The notes under the pieces are model-generated. The model was given only the letters and a program-made list of their open reading frames with translations. It was not told the DNA's origin and made no database searches. Shown here piece after piece: positions 1-13,219 of a stretch of DNA of 64,000 nucleotides. Made by a program: the position numbers and the translations under genes. The stretch's first letter is position 1; every line of letters begins with the position of its first letter. The DNA comes from Bigelowiella natans CCMP2755 (taxonomy: Eukaryota > Protista > Cercozoa): positions 1 to 64,000 of the forward strand of contig ADNK01001015.1 in NCBI GenBank assembly GCA_000320545.1, in the 5' to 3' direction.

Positions 1-14
1 TCTCCCCCCCCCCC

Positions 15-47
<33 letters not shown>

Positions 48-168
48 CTTGCGCGCGCACGTATAATGTTTTATGCGGTTGATGGATTATCATTCAGATC
101 GGTGCTGCACCCGCTTTGGGTAACATCCAAAGGTAGTAGTAGCAACACCACAACACATAATCGTTTCT

Positions 169-200
<32 letters not shown>

Positions 201-201
201 G

Positions 202-244
<43 letters not shown>

Positions 245-791
245 AATAATATTGCATTTCCTGAGACTTGTACTGCTGTCCGATTATCATAATCCACCAA
301 AATCATCATTTTCATGTTATTAATAGCATGATCCTCATATGCCTCTTCTGCTGATATCTCGTTTTCTTCTCCCGTCCTTCCTCCTCCCCCTCCTCCTCCT
401 CAGGCGCAATGATCGTCTCCGAGACGGTTCAGGGCTTGAACATATCGCTGGGAGATCCACATGTTGGACAATCTTTTGTCGATGAAACATCAAAAGCGCC
501 GACGAGTCCTATTTGGAAAGGGTTTTCCTCCAATCCATCACCACCGCACACTCTGTGCTTTCGAACGGTACTGCAATCGCTTCTTCGCCTTCTTTATCTT
601 CCTCTCCCCCCCCCCTTTCCTTGAAAGAACAACGCAATCCAACACTCACACCAATTATCAGGAATCTTCGGTTTTGAGGCTCAAAATATGCGCTGCTGGT
701 GATGCAGGCACCGCAGCTGAGGCCGCACTTGCAAACATCAATCGGTCCTACTACCTAATCACACACACACACACACACACACACATTTATA

Positions 792-832
<41 letters not shown>

Positions 833-1486
833 CACACCTAAATTATCATCACCTTATCTTCTCTCTTAGCCTACCGCCTGGAGAGCCGCAAGCCGGGGCT
901 TTGCATATGGTGTTGTAGTAGTGGAAACAATGATAATGATAGAAATAACAGTAATAATAATAATAATAGTAATAATAACATCTCACAATATCATTTCATC
1001 AACATCAACGCTATCATCAAATAGAGATAAGAGAAACGATTGTCGTTATTGCGGCATCATCAGTAATGACAGTTATTAAGCGTAGTAGTAGCCCTTCTTT
1101 CTCCTCCTCTTCTTCTTCTTCTTCTTCTTCTTCTTCTTCTTCTTCTTCCTCCGCTGCTGCCTTTGTGATTACGATGTAATTAGGTTGAATTTTCGCCGTT
1201 CACGATGTGTTTGTTTGCAATGTGTTTGTTTGCGCTTGTGTGTGTGTGTGTGTGTGTGTGAATGAATATTCGTGCGACGACGTGGTTAGATCAAAGGTCC
1301 TATCTGGTCTACATGGGCAAGGTGCGAACACTAGATTTGGAAAAAGAAGAAGAAGAAGAAGAAGAAGAAGAAGCGAGGGATGATGATGATCATGATGATG
1401 GTTATGATGATCATGATGATGACGGCTACGGAAATAGGCATGCAGAAACATCACCACTCAGAAGATAATACGACCTAAATTTTAAT

Positions 1487-1527
<41 letters not shown>

Positions 1528-2343
1528 TTTCACGATGCCGTGCTCTTGACCGTACCTAATGCTGCTACTACTATACTATCCCTGCTACCAGAGTGCAGAC
1601 GATCATCATCCTCATCATCCTCATCATCCTCATCATCATACAGATTTAAGATGGATATCACTCAAGAGAAAGTACTTGGTTTCGCTCGCGAGGTGATAAC
1701 TCCTCTCCCCTCCCCCTCCCCCTACTACTACTACTACTTCTACTACTACTACTACCGCACATTAGATTTAGTATAAAATCTCGGTTTTGTAATACGTTAT
1801 CTTCCTCTCCCTTATAGCTGTGTGCAATTGGTGGTTCTGCTGCTTTCAGATCGTCAGTAAGGGATTCCCCCGCTCTGTCATGGAGATTGATGATAAGTAA
1901 GTAATCACAATCCACGAAGAACAGAAATACTACTACTCCTCTATCATTATTATTATTATTATTATTATAATAATAATAATGTATTGATGTTGTGTCATCT
2001 CTTTGATGTGAAGCTACTATGTTATCGGTCATCGAATTTATTAGTGTTTGTTTTCGATCATCATCATCATCATCACCACCACCACCACCACCCACGCGAC
2101 ACGAAGATGGTCTCAAAACTATGGCGACTTTCTCTTTGATCCGCATCGATTCCCGGTATGCATGCACCCCCGCCATTGTTACTTCCCACTGCCAAAACCA
2201 CCAGCACATCATCTCACTCCGACCTGCGTAGATGTTATCATCAACGACTGTGTGCACGATGTATTCAGTAATAACCCGATGCATCGTATACCGTGCTGCA
2301 CGGCCGTTGTATTCCATCGATTCATCTAATTTCTCTCCTCCTC

Positions 2344-2375
<32 letters not shown>

Positions 2376-2767
2376 TTGGAATAACCATCTTGATCCTATA
2401 ACGAAGAATCCTAAGAAGATGGTCAGGGAGCTCCACAGGATGGGATTCAAAGTTACTGTATGGCTCGTGCCGTTTGTCTCTGTCTCCTCACAGGTTGATT
2501 AAGACGCAGCGGCATCAGGAGGAGGAGGAGGAAAAGAAAGAAGGATAAAATCTCTGCGCTACTACTAATTCTATTCTAATACTGCAACCATTGAAACACA
2601 TTCTTAAAAGAATAATGAATGATGAGGACGACGATGATGATGCATTGATTTTATGGATTCACTCCTCTGTATGGGCGCTATGGGAGCTTCTATTCTCTTA
2701 TTCTAGCATGATGCGGCAGTAGGGATCATTGCAGCAGCTATTAGCTCTTCCATGAACGCTCTCTCCC

Positions 2768-2814
<47 letters not shown>

Positions 2815-3011
2815 GTTCGTTGGTAACGATGACGATGATAATGACGGCAATGATCATGCTGCTGATGATGATGATGACGACGATGATGATGATCTTAGGC
2901 GTATCACTACGGCAAGCCTAGGGGGTACTTGTTAAGCTCCGATGGGAAGAAAAGGCTGCGGTCAGTGAGGATTTAACATAAATCATTGTCGTTAATTAAA
3001 CATATATATAT

Positions 3012-3051
<40 letters not shown>

Positions 3052-3249
3052 GTGCGTGCGTGTGTGTGTGTGTGTGTGTGTGTGTATTTATCAATGGTAG
3101 TGGAGGCGATCCACAGCTGGTTAGATGGTGGCAGGGCACTGCGGCAGTGTTAGATCTAAGTGACCACCGAACGACGTCATGGGTTAAATCGCGACTCAAG
3201 GCGCTGATGAAGACAACGGGGGTGGAATCAACCTAGCGTGTGTGTGTGT

Positions 3250-3281
<32 letters not shown>

Positions 3282-3424
3282 TGTAAAGCTGCAGATTGTA
3301 ACGGGGAGGAGGAGGAGGAGGAGGAGGACAAAGGATGACAGTGATGATGGTGACGATGGTGATGATGAGTATTTTGATTTTCTCGTCAGGCTCTCATGGT
3401 TGATGCACATTAATATACACACGC

Positions 3425-3468
<44 letters not shown>

Positions 3469-3735
3469 CACGCATACATGCTACATATTCATACATGCAT
3501 ATCCTCAATGGTGTGTATTAGATCGACGGGTTTAAGATGGACGCTGGAGAGCCGAATTTCGTCAGTTTTCTGCCCAAAGAACACCCATTACATGTGAGTG
3601 CAATGGGGACGGCGTAGTGATGTGATTGCGCCATCATCCTCTCTACATGATGTGACAGATAGGACAATGACGATGATAATGATGATGATGATGATGATGA
3701 TCAAGTAGTTGTGGCAAGAAACTCAATAATAATAA

Positions 3736-3772
<37 letters not shown>

Positions 3773-4049
3773 TATTGAGCTTATGCACAGAAAATCAATA
3801 ATATATATAGTACATGTCATTCTACATATCTCACGTAGACTCATCACCTAAATCTATTCAAAACAAAGGCTCCTGATGCTTTCACTGTCGCGTGGGCAAA
3901 GCTAGGAGCTGATTTGACCGGTAGCAACTACAACATCCTGCCTCAAAAGACAGAACGATGATAACAACGCACAAACTATGCTGTACTCGTTGTGTTGATG
4001 TTTTCAAGCATTTCCAAGCCAGGATGTGTGCGTGTGTGTACGATGTAGT

Positions 4050-4093
<44 letters not shown>

Positions 4094-4117
4094 GAAAAGA
4101 AACAGAGATCAACAGAG

Positions 4118-4157
<40 letters not shown>

Positions 4158-4280
4158 ATGATATGTAATATTAATTGAGGTATATTAATTTTGTGAGCGT
4201 GCTTCCTCTTGACATATTTGGTGTATAATTAGGACTGATCGAAACACGCTCCGCATATAACACTCAAGGGCTAGGGGTAT

Positions 4281-4316
<36 letters not shown>

Positions 4317-4603
4317 TACATCATCATCATTACCTATAGATTAGCTGCGAAGATGTCTTTCTCTGTTTGACCGAACGACACACCATCGCAAAGGCCGATG
4401 AAAGGAGTAGTACTAGGATGTGTTTCCTAGATCAGGGAAAGAATGTTTTGCCTTTGTATGCATCTCCTCACCGATGATACTGATGCTGCTGCTGGTGGTG
4501 GTGGTGGTGGTATATATTGTTTGTTGTCAGATATTCGTCCGTGAATTCGATAAGGACTCACGATGGGGACATGTCAATGGTAATAGCTTCTTATGAGTCA
4601 CTG

Positions 4604-4642
<39 letters not shown>

Positions 4643-6143
4643 AGAGGGAAAACTTCCTCCTCGAATCTCGATGCCCAAAGAACGTTTTTTAACCAAAAAG
4701 CGAAGTAATAACACGTAGAAGAGGTTCATAAGAATAATTTCCACTCTCAAAATTAGGCCTTCATGCCGTCATCACATCTGCGATTCTGTTCGGACTTCTC
4801 GGTACTACATTTCATGATATAAACCACAACAACAACAACATCAACAACAACAAGTGGAAGTAAGATTGCTGCAGAGCTCTCTCATTTCCCTACTAGCACG
4901 ATGATAATGATGATGTAATCGTCCTCTGCTCATGCCTGACCTTTGTTGTTTTTGTGTGCTGCTAATGATGCTACTACTACACATATTAGGTTACTACTTG
5001 GTTCTCCCTGATATGATAGGAGGTCGGTTCTCTAACAATAGGTGTAAAAGCATAGAGATATATGCTACCCGCATCATCAGTAGTGCCATCTAATTCTCGG
5101 CTACGGTAAGTAGTTATCATCATCCTTGTGCATTCATATTACACCAGGCAATGCATACGCAGAAGACGTGATGATTGGTGGCGATCTACCCGAAAAGGAG
5201 CTGTAAGAACAAGAAGAAGAAGAAGAAGAAGAAGAAGATAGCGACTATTTTTAAATTATAACGTCGCAAGCGCCAGACATAATATCCGAGATGCGTAGAT
5301 GCGGAGTCTTACAACACGTTTGTTGTGCCTGAGTCTTTATTATTGTTATTTTCCGTCGTCAGATATATTCGGTGGTGTTTGGCGACGGCCCTACTGCCTT
5401 CAATGCAGGTGCTAGACGGATCGTCATCATTATGATCATTATGATTATCTCCGTTGTTTAGCAGTGGCCACTTGACATCTTCATGCTTTCCCTGTTTGAG
5501 CAGCATTATTGTACTAGATCATCGTGTTTCGGACTATTTATTCTTCGGATAATGCGTTTTTTCGTATGATCATAGAAGCAGTGCGAAGAATATCGAGAGT
5601 AGTCCATAGCGTGGCGTCTCTACACACACACACACACACACACACACGGATATATACGACTGTATATAGTATACGTGTTAGCCGTGACCATGAAGATAAG
5701 ACAATTTCTTCTTCTTGTTGTTGTTCTTGTTGTTGTTTTGGCATCACCGTAAGTTCTCGATCTCCCCATGGCAATACGACCAGCAAACCATCAACATCGC
5801 CCTGCACGCTACGGAGCTGCACCAGAGGTCTGCAGCTGCTAATGTGAAACACGCAACGCTCAGGACTAAACAATATTGCTCTTACTACTACGCTACTATC
5901 GTCACTGCAACAACAGCAATAATCACAACAACAATAATAACAACAACGGCTGCTGCTACTACTGCTCGTTGTACTGGGTATATCTAAAGATACGCTAGGT
6001 TGATTGAGAGATTGGCTAACGAGGCTGCCAAACCTCCGTTTCTGCCGATTATACGCCCGATATTCCTCCATGAAAGGACCGATCCTCTGGTATTGATCAA
6101 CGGCCACTGCCTTCATCCTAGTTGTCGAGAAGTTCAAATGAGG

Positions 6144-6185
<42 letters not shown>

Positions 6186-6318
6186 ACAGGTTGGGGAGAG
6201 AATAACAATAATCATCATCATCTCATCATCATCATGCGTGTTGATGAAGGCCCGGAACGTGTTATCCCACGTTTTAAAAATTCCGTTAATATAATGTATG
6301 CTCATTATTCTTTCAACC

Positions 6319-6366
<48 letters not shown>

Positions 6367-6938
6367 GTGTGTGTGTGTGTGTTTGTGCGGTTCTCCTCTT
6401 CGTTTCTTTCTGTAATCCTAGGCACTCGATGTTTCCGATGAGTTCTTTCTGGGTCCAGACGTTATCGTGGCTCCTATACTCGACAAATCACGACTGAGAA
6501 GAGGTAGCATTTCTTCTTCTTCTTCTTCGTCTTCTTCCTCTTCTCCTTCATTGCCCATATCCATCATCACAGCTGCTGCTTTGATGGTATTTATATCGAT
6601 ATAATATGTATATGCATGTTGTATGTTGGTTCTGCCGCAGACGTGTATCTTCCCCGCGGGGAATGGGTGGATTTTACATCGAAGGTGGGAGATATGGCTG
6701 AACCCACAACGACAACTACAACGGCACCACAAATAATGGCAATGGCTGCTGCATCTTCCCTATCATCATCATCATCATCATCATCATCACAAGCAGCAGA
6801 GGAGGCAAATGATAGATGGAGACTATTCCCTAGCGTCTTTGGCTGGGCAGTTGCCCTGCCTTTCAGAGTCGCCAAAGGCGCTTTATGCTGGCTCACACTG
6901 GGAATGCTCTTTTGCGATCGCGGTGCTCCTGCTGGAGA

Positions 6939-6971
<33 letters not shown>

Positions 6972-7349
6972 CAGATCCAGGAAGAGGGACGGCAAGAGGA
7001 TGAAGAACAAGAAGAAACAACAGCGTATTCGATCTCACCCGAGAGTGCCTCTGGTCTTCAAAGGCCCCACAGTTATTCGAGGTGTTTATAGAAATAAACA
7101 TATGAAACAGTACAGCAACAACACCAACAACAATATTGTGGTACACTGAGTTGTCGTACGTCATGCTTCGTTGAGGCGAGGAAGAGGAGAGAAGGAGGAA
7201 AGGCGGGGGGGGGGGGGGGGTACATTCATTTTCGTAAGTAATTTGCGGGTGGAGAGTGTATTACATAATAAACATGTAGAAGAAAGCTGGCATAGCAAGA
7301 GGACCGACACGCATACAAATATACACACACACATACAGAAATTAGCTAA

Positions 7350-7385
<36 letters not shown>

Positions 7386-7618
7386 TTTAATGTTCTGTAC
7401 ACGCTACAACCACTGTCGTGTGCAAATTCGAGATGCAATCGGCAAATGGCCATTTATCCACCACTGGATGAGTATGGATATACATGCCAGAATATCATCT
7501 GTTAAATGCAACAACTGACACTCATCTCTGCATATGATATGAAGGTTTCTATGCAGGGCTAGGCGAATTGCCCGTGTTTCATCGAATAGGCGGTGATTTC
7601 AGCGATTTGTCGTTTTAA
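1..7618 (+). CDS. Glycoside hydrolase family 31, MYORG-like; multi-exon, 5' end outside the window
   Basis: Spliced exons read SVLHPLWVTSK / GPIWSTWAR / FKMDITQEKVLGFARE / VMEIDDK-WSQNYGDFLFDP / GFKVTVWLVPF / RWWQG / DGFKMDAGE (nucleophile motif) / FVREFDKDSRWG / VLPDMIGGNAY / YIRW / FSISPWQYD / PIIRP / DEFFLGPDVIVAP / DVYLPRGEW / LGELPVF. Stop TAA at 7616-7618. Confidence 0.92.
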
Positions 7619-7779
7619 GCCGAGCGCATCACTGAATATTCACTAAACAGCTGATACTGGTCGATTATCAATCTCTTCACTTACACACACAGCTCACTCT
7701 CAACCTTGCAGTATTGAAGAATCGGAGGCGGCCTTCGCTTTGTAATAATTTCAAGTCCTCTAGATCTAATATTCACCAA

Positions 7780-8480
7780 CCCAGCTAGCCAGCTATGAGG
7801 CATCACTTTCTCCTGGATAACAGACGATTCCAAACGCGAAATCACACGCTTACAACCTCGACGATGTGGTTATCTAGCTAGCTATGCAGCTATGCCGCAA
7901 CAGTATACGAAGTCCATGCTGCACTACGTCAATTGCATTCGTTGAGTCGCTTACATTGCTAAATATATGCTTGTAGCCACCCGTTTGTGTACACTGTGCC
8001 GTCTCCACCTTGCATGTGTACAATATAACAAGCTAGCTAAATATTGCTACTTGCTTTGGGCATGCATCGGACCTGCTAGGGCAGGCATCACATCTAGATG
8101 TCCTGACACATTATTAGTAGTTACGTGATGATTGCTGTACGATAGTTATGCTCGTTAGTCGCACGCATACGAACCTGCGTGTGCCCTCTAGCCCTGCTAC
8201 ATTTAGTCATATATTGTCATGCCAGCATGATAGCAAACACTGCTAGCTGGAGCTATGCGAAGGATGTATGTATGGCACAACAATAGCATCACGGCGCATG
8301 TGCATGCTGGTAATCGTGCGTTAATGCAATAGTAAAACTACATGCGTATTACTTTCACACGACACGTATGGAACGCAAATAATTAATCATGATCGCATTT
8401 ATCTATCCTATGTGATTTTCCCCCATGTAGCATCGATAGAGTAGCAGTGGGCTGGGAGAAAGGAGCATAACTAGATCACT
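7780..8480. repeat. CTAG/AGCT/CATG/TGCA-rich intergenic island 1 (convergent gap)
   Basis: Dense gctagc, agct, gcatgc, tgca words between two gene 3' ends; no ORF in the track; boundaries approximate. Confidence 0.7.
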
Positions 8481-8523
8481 GACGAGCTCAAAAACGGCAT
8501 GTTTATAGCACTATTTTCCTCAT

Positions 8524-8842
8524 TTACAGCCATTGTCTTTTGTCCTCCTTAGACTCAGCGTCTTCCCTCAGGGACTCTTGCACGCGCATCTGATCTCTGT
8601 AGTACCCGATGACCTTCTCCTTCCGTAACTTACCATCCTGCTCAGCCGTGAATATGTTGGGAGTAGGAATATCGAAAGCTACTGTTTGGCCTGATATTAT
8701 ATGTGTTTCCTTCAGACGAACATTTGTTACAAAACAATCATCATCATCATCATCACCACCACAAACACCATCATTATCATCACCATCAGCAGCAGGCAGC
8801 ATCATCGTCAATGATGCCCACCCACCACGGACCCCCCCATTA

Positions 8843-8873
<31 letters not shown>

Positions 8874-9440
8874 ACTACTTCAAACAGACTAACTGGCAGG
8901 TGGTGGTACAAACCCGAGCGGCCATTTTCGGGGCACATCACAATGTAGATGATGTTGTTCACGTCTACTTCAAACTCCTGTCCTCCTGATATTCCAGCGG
9001 GGATAACGACCGTGTAGGCCTGCTGCACCATATGCAATTCGTCTCCCTTCTTGTTGCCAGGGCTATTGCTTCCCGCTGGAAGAAGCTGCAGGTTCTCCGC
9101 CGTGTGCGTGTTTCGATACTCCTCGGACGTGTACATGAGCTCGTTGTGCATCTGCCGCATCCATTCTGAGAGCACAAGCAACCACCCATTAGACCCCGCT
9201 GTCAGCAGGGCAAGAAGCAGAAACACATGTCCCCAAATCCGGAAAGGGAAGAGTTTGCGGGCACAGCACATGGAATGCACATCGGGAACACACACAGACG
9301 AAATGCATCTCAAGACAAGGACGCCGAGGAGGGGGGGGGGGGGGTAGGGTAAATTAAAATCATCGATATTGATCCTGCATGAAGCAGCAAGCGATGTAAT
9401 TGAGACGAATTCAAGGTACAACACGGGTAAGTAGTCATGG

Positions 9441-9478
<38 letters not shown>

Positions 9479-11045
9479 GTATGTGTGAGTATTCGTCGTA
9501 AGCTAAGCTAATAAGTACACAGGGGCTCTATTTTGAGGCAATTATTGTGTGTGTGTGTGTGTGTGTGTGTGAATAAGGAACGAAGTGATGAAGAAGTAGG
9601 AACACACCTCTCAAGTAGTGGTTTTCTTTTGATTGAATATGCAGCTCCTCGTTGAGTTTCGCATGCTCTTGGATTAGCTTCTCCTGCAGTTGTAGCAGTA
9701 GTAGTAGAATAGCAAGCAATTCATCATCATCATCATCATTGTTATTATCAGTATTAAATAGTCGTAGTAGCAGTAACACTAGAGAGCTAGTTGCCCGTCC
9801 GGTGGGTGATGAAAGGGGGGGGAGAGGACATTACATCACACGCATTGATTACCACATCGCAAGGCAGACGACACTGACTTCATACTACTGCTATATTAAT
9901 CTTTAAATCTGTTCTGTATTTAAATCAGTGCTGCTCACCGAGTGGCTCTTCAATGCTTCTACCAGATTTTCACTTTCCGTTACTGTAAGGGGGGGGGGGG
10001 GGGGGGGTGGATACGACCACAACATAAGATGATGATGATGATGATGATGACAATGAAGATGTAGAAGGACACACTCAAACAAACACGCATGCACGCATGC
10101 ACATAGATGTAATGTATTATTTGTCTAGTGCGTGTTGTGTCTCGTACATGCTCTGGGCTGATGGAAAATGAGGAAGGAGCCGACTAGCAAAACGGCCACG
10201 ATAGCCAACAAAGATTGCCTGATTATGACAGTGCTCATTATCACCATTGAAAGAGATAGATATAATTAATGATAATAATTATTATGAATAATGTACAAAT
10301 GCCCAAAAGAGCAAGCGAGTGAAAGAGAAGAGAGAAGAGAGAGAGAGAGAGGGGGGGGGAAAGGGAGAGAGAGAGCTTGTTCTTGTTATGGTTGATAATC
10401 ATTCCCTCCCCCTCCTCCTCCTCTTCTTCTTCTTCTACTTTATCTTTGGTCACATAATAAGTGCAACAATTAATTCATCCGTTCAGTCATTTATTACTGA
10501 TGTCTCTCCATCCATTTCTTGACTGCATCTAACACTGAACGCACGGAGGAGGAGGAGGGCGCTGATGAGGTACGTGACATCAGCAGCCCTGTTCTTTTTT
10601 GGCTACTACTAAAACTACTACTAGTAGTAGTAGGACGACTCCGTCGTTGCTGATGCTGATTTGACCGAGTTTGTTTTTTTGAGGCCCCTCCACCACCGGT
10701 TTTATTGTTCTTCTCTTTCTTCCTATTCTTATTACGTCTATTGCACATTTGCTGCTGTTTCTGCTGCAATGATGATGAAGAGAAGTCTTCTTCTCCTCCT
10801 AACCTATTCTTCTGGCCACTCTTACGGTTCAACAACTTGCCATTTGATGATGATATTGATGACGGCAACGACGACTTTGCTAATTGTTTTTCTTCCATGT
10901 GGGAGACGCTTGGGTGGTGGTGCTCACCCACCCCCCTAGTACTGTTTTTTAGCTTGCCTCTCTTGGAAGTAAAAGAGGTGGAAGAAGAAGAAGAAGACGA
11001 TGATGATGATGATGATGATGACCCGATCTTGTACGACGACGACGA

Positions 11046-11079
<34 letters not shown>

Positions 11080-12706
11080 ATTGATGAAGATGAAGAAGAG
11101 GCTACGGTCGCAGTCGTTTCAGTAGTATCGCTCTTTGCCTTGGACGATAGTTCGTGAGCAGCGGTTGTTTTGTGTTGTCGTCGTTGTCGTCGTCGTCGTC
11201 GTCTATTTATAGCTTTTTCTGAGCACATCTTAACCAACTTCTCAGTGTTGGCTGGTTTCTGTTGTTGCGGCTGCCCTATCCTTTTCTTTCCCTCATTATT
11301 TTTGGTCTGCATCTGTTTTTCGTCATGGTGCGGCTGCTCCTGCTTGTGGAGATCCGTACTCTCAGAAGTACTGCTGAGTGCCTTTTTTTGGTGCTCTGTG
11401 GAGGCGGGGGCCATTGCGGTGGTTAAGTTCTCTTTTTGTTGGGTAGTTTTGAGTTGTTGAATGTTATAATTACTGTCCGTGGTTGAAGTGTTACCATCAT
11501 GACTACTACTACTGCTACTGCTGGGATGTTCGGGTGAATTACTGCTATCGCTGCTCTTACTGCTGAATTTCTTATATTTCTTATTGTTGCTGTTTGCATA
11601 TGTGCTTGTAGTAGCTCTTGTTTGTAATAAAGACGTGTCGGTACCAGGGCTGATAGCTTGGATAGAAGGGGGGTTGGTTTTTGTGGCCTCAGATTTGGTG
11701 GTTGTTTTTCTCATGGAAGTCTGAGCAACCTTTTGATCCCAGCTTCCCATTTTTTTACCCGTCCCCACAGCGCTCGCACCGTTAGCATTGCTAGATGTGC
11801 TATTGCTACCAGTAGCTTGCAATTCCCTTCCACGATTTCTCCAGCCCCCCCCCCCAGTGGCCGTGGATTGTTTTCGTTGTTCTATTTTTTGCTGTTGCTC
11901 GTGGCGAAGAAGAGAGGCCTCATTTTTCCCACTTCGGTGAGCAACAAATTTTTCCGACAGCGGCTTTCTCGCGTTCCAGCTGTATGGCACTGGTTGATTC
12001 CGAGTTGCAACCTCGGAGTTGTTGCGGGCATTTAGCTCAATACTGGTATATTCCCGTTTGTGTGAGTGTCGCTGTACTCCCCGCCCCACCATAGTCGCCA
12101 CTCTCTGCTTCCCACCGTCCACAGATCGCTGAAGTTTAGACTGGTGTATTTTCCCTTTTCCATTGCGATTGGGAGCATCTGTTTGGCCTCTGCCAACAGA
12201 TGATACACGGTGCTTATTTTGGGAGGAATCTTCTTGAAGCCATTGCTGGCTATTTCTTCCCGTAGTATAGTTCGGATCGCCAGCCCAAAAAGCAACTCCG
12301 CCACTCAGAATATACACTGATATCATCATATAGATCCTTAGGCACATGTAAATGCTTGTTTCGGGGCAATTGCAACAGAGTACTGTGTGTATGTTCGTGC
12401 GACACAAAATGGCGACTATCTAACGCGAAATAACAAATGTGTGAGAATTGATCTTGGAAGTATCGCAAGTGCTGCGAAAACCCTCAAGCTGATCACAAAC
12501 CACAATCAAATGAAACAAAAAGGTGATTGCTTCGTGTTCCTATGTAAGCTACCAATTGGGATTGGTGCAGCTAGGTTTCCACTAGTGCTTCCTGCTTGGA
12601 CATCGCGAGCCGAGTACCGCAGGTTACCCTGAGGATGCTGTGCTGCTGTTGAAGGTATATACTGAAGTGGGTCTGAAGCTTTATTTCCCCTTTGGCTTCG
12701 ATGCAT
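8524..12706 (-). CDS. Hypothetical single-pass membrane protein: long disordered N-terminus, TM helix, coiled coil, small beta-rich C-terminal domain; start codon uncertain
   Basis: 637-aa low-complexity ORF splices in frame to QSLLAIVAVLLVGSFLIFHQPRA (~10147-10219), then LTESENLVEALKSHS / EKLIQEHAKLNEELHIQSKENHYLR / EWMRQMHNEL...YTVVIPAGISGGQEFEVDVNNIIYIVMCPENGRS / GQTVAFDIP...KRQWL*. Confidence 0.65.
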
Positions 12707-13219
12707 GTTCAGAACGAGTGGGGGGGTCGTCGAACCGAACGATTGCGAAAAGCTGTTAAAACCTCGGTAATCTTGTGAAATAAAGGAAATGCAGGCCATT
12801 TTAGTTGCCGGAATTGTTTTCCTACGGCGTAAAGTTGTGAAAACCTAAATTTGCTCTTCACTCTCATCTTTTTTCGCAGCGGATTTAGCACCAGAAGCAC
12901 CGTTGCCGAGGGCGCTATAAATGGTTTATCTCTCGGATTTGTTGTCTCAGTTATATAAAAGGACTGGATAAAGAGGAAGTAATGCTCTCCAGAGATGACG
13001 AAGTCCATCTGAAGGATATCCTCCTGTCTCTCAAACAACCAAACGCCGTCTAAATCTTTCAGATGCCATTTGGGTTCCTTCCACAAATTATTTCGGTAAA
13101 ATAATGTATTTATGGAAATAATTCTTGTCTCAAGAATAAAATGTGTTAGTAAATGGGTATTCAATGCATATTTCTATTAATTTTGTATCTTCAACGGTTC
13201 TTCCTCCCTCACAAACCAA

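Noticed and set aside
33-7518. Many short ORFs with poly-S/H/T/CV/ER/YI content, here and throughout the window
   Set aside because: Translations of intronic microsatellites rather than genes.
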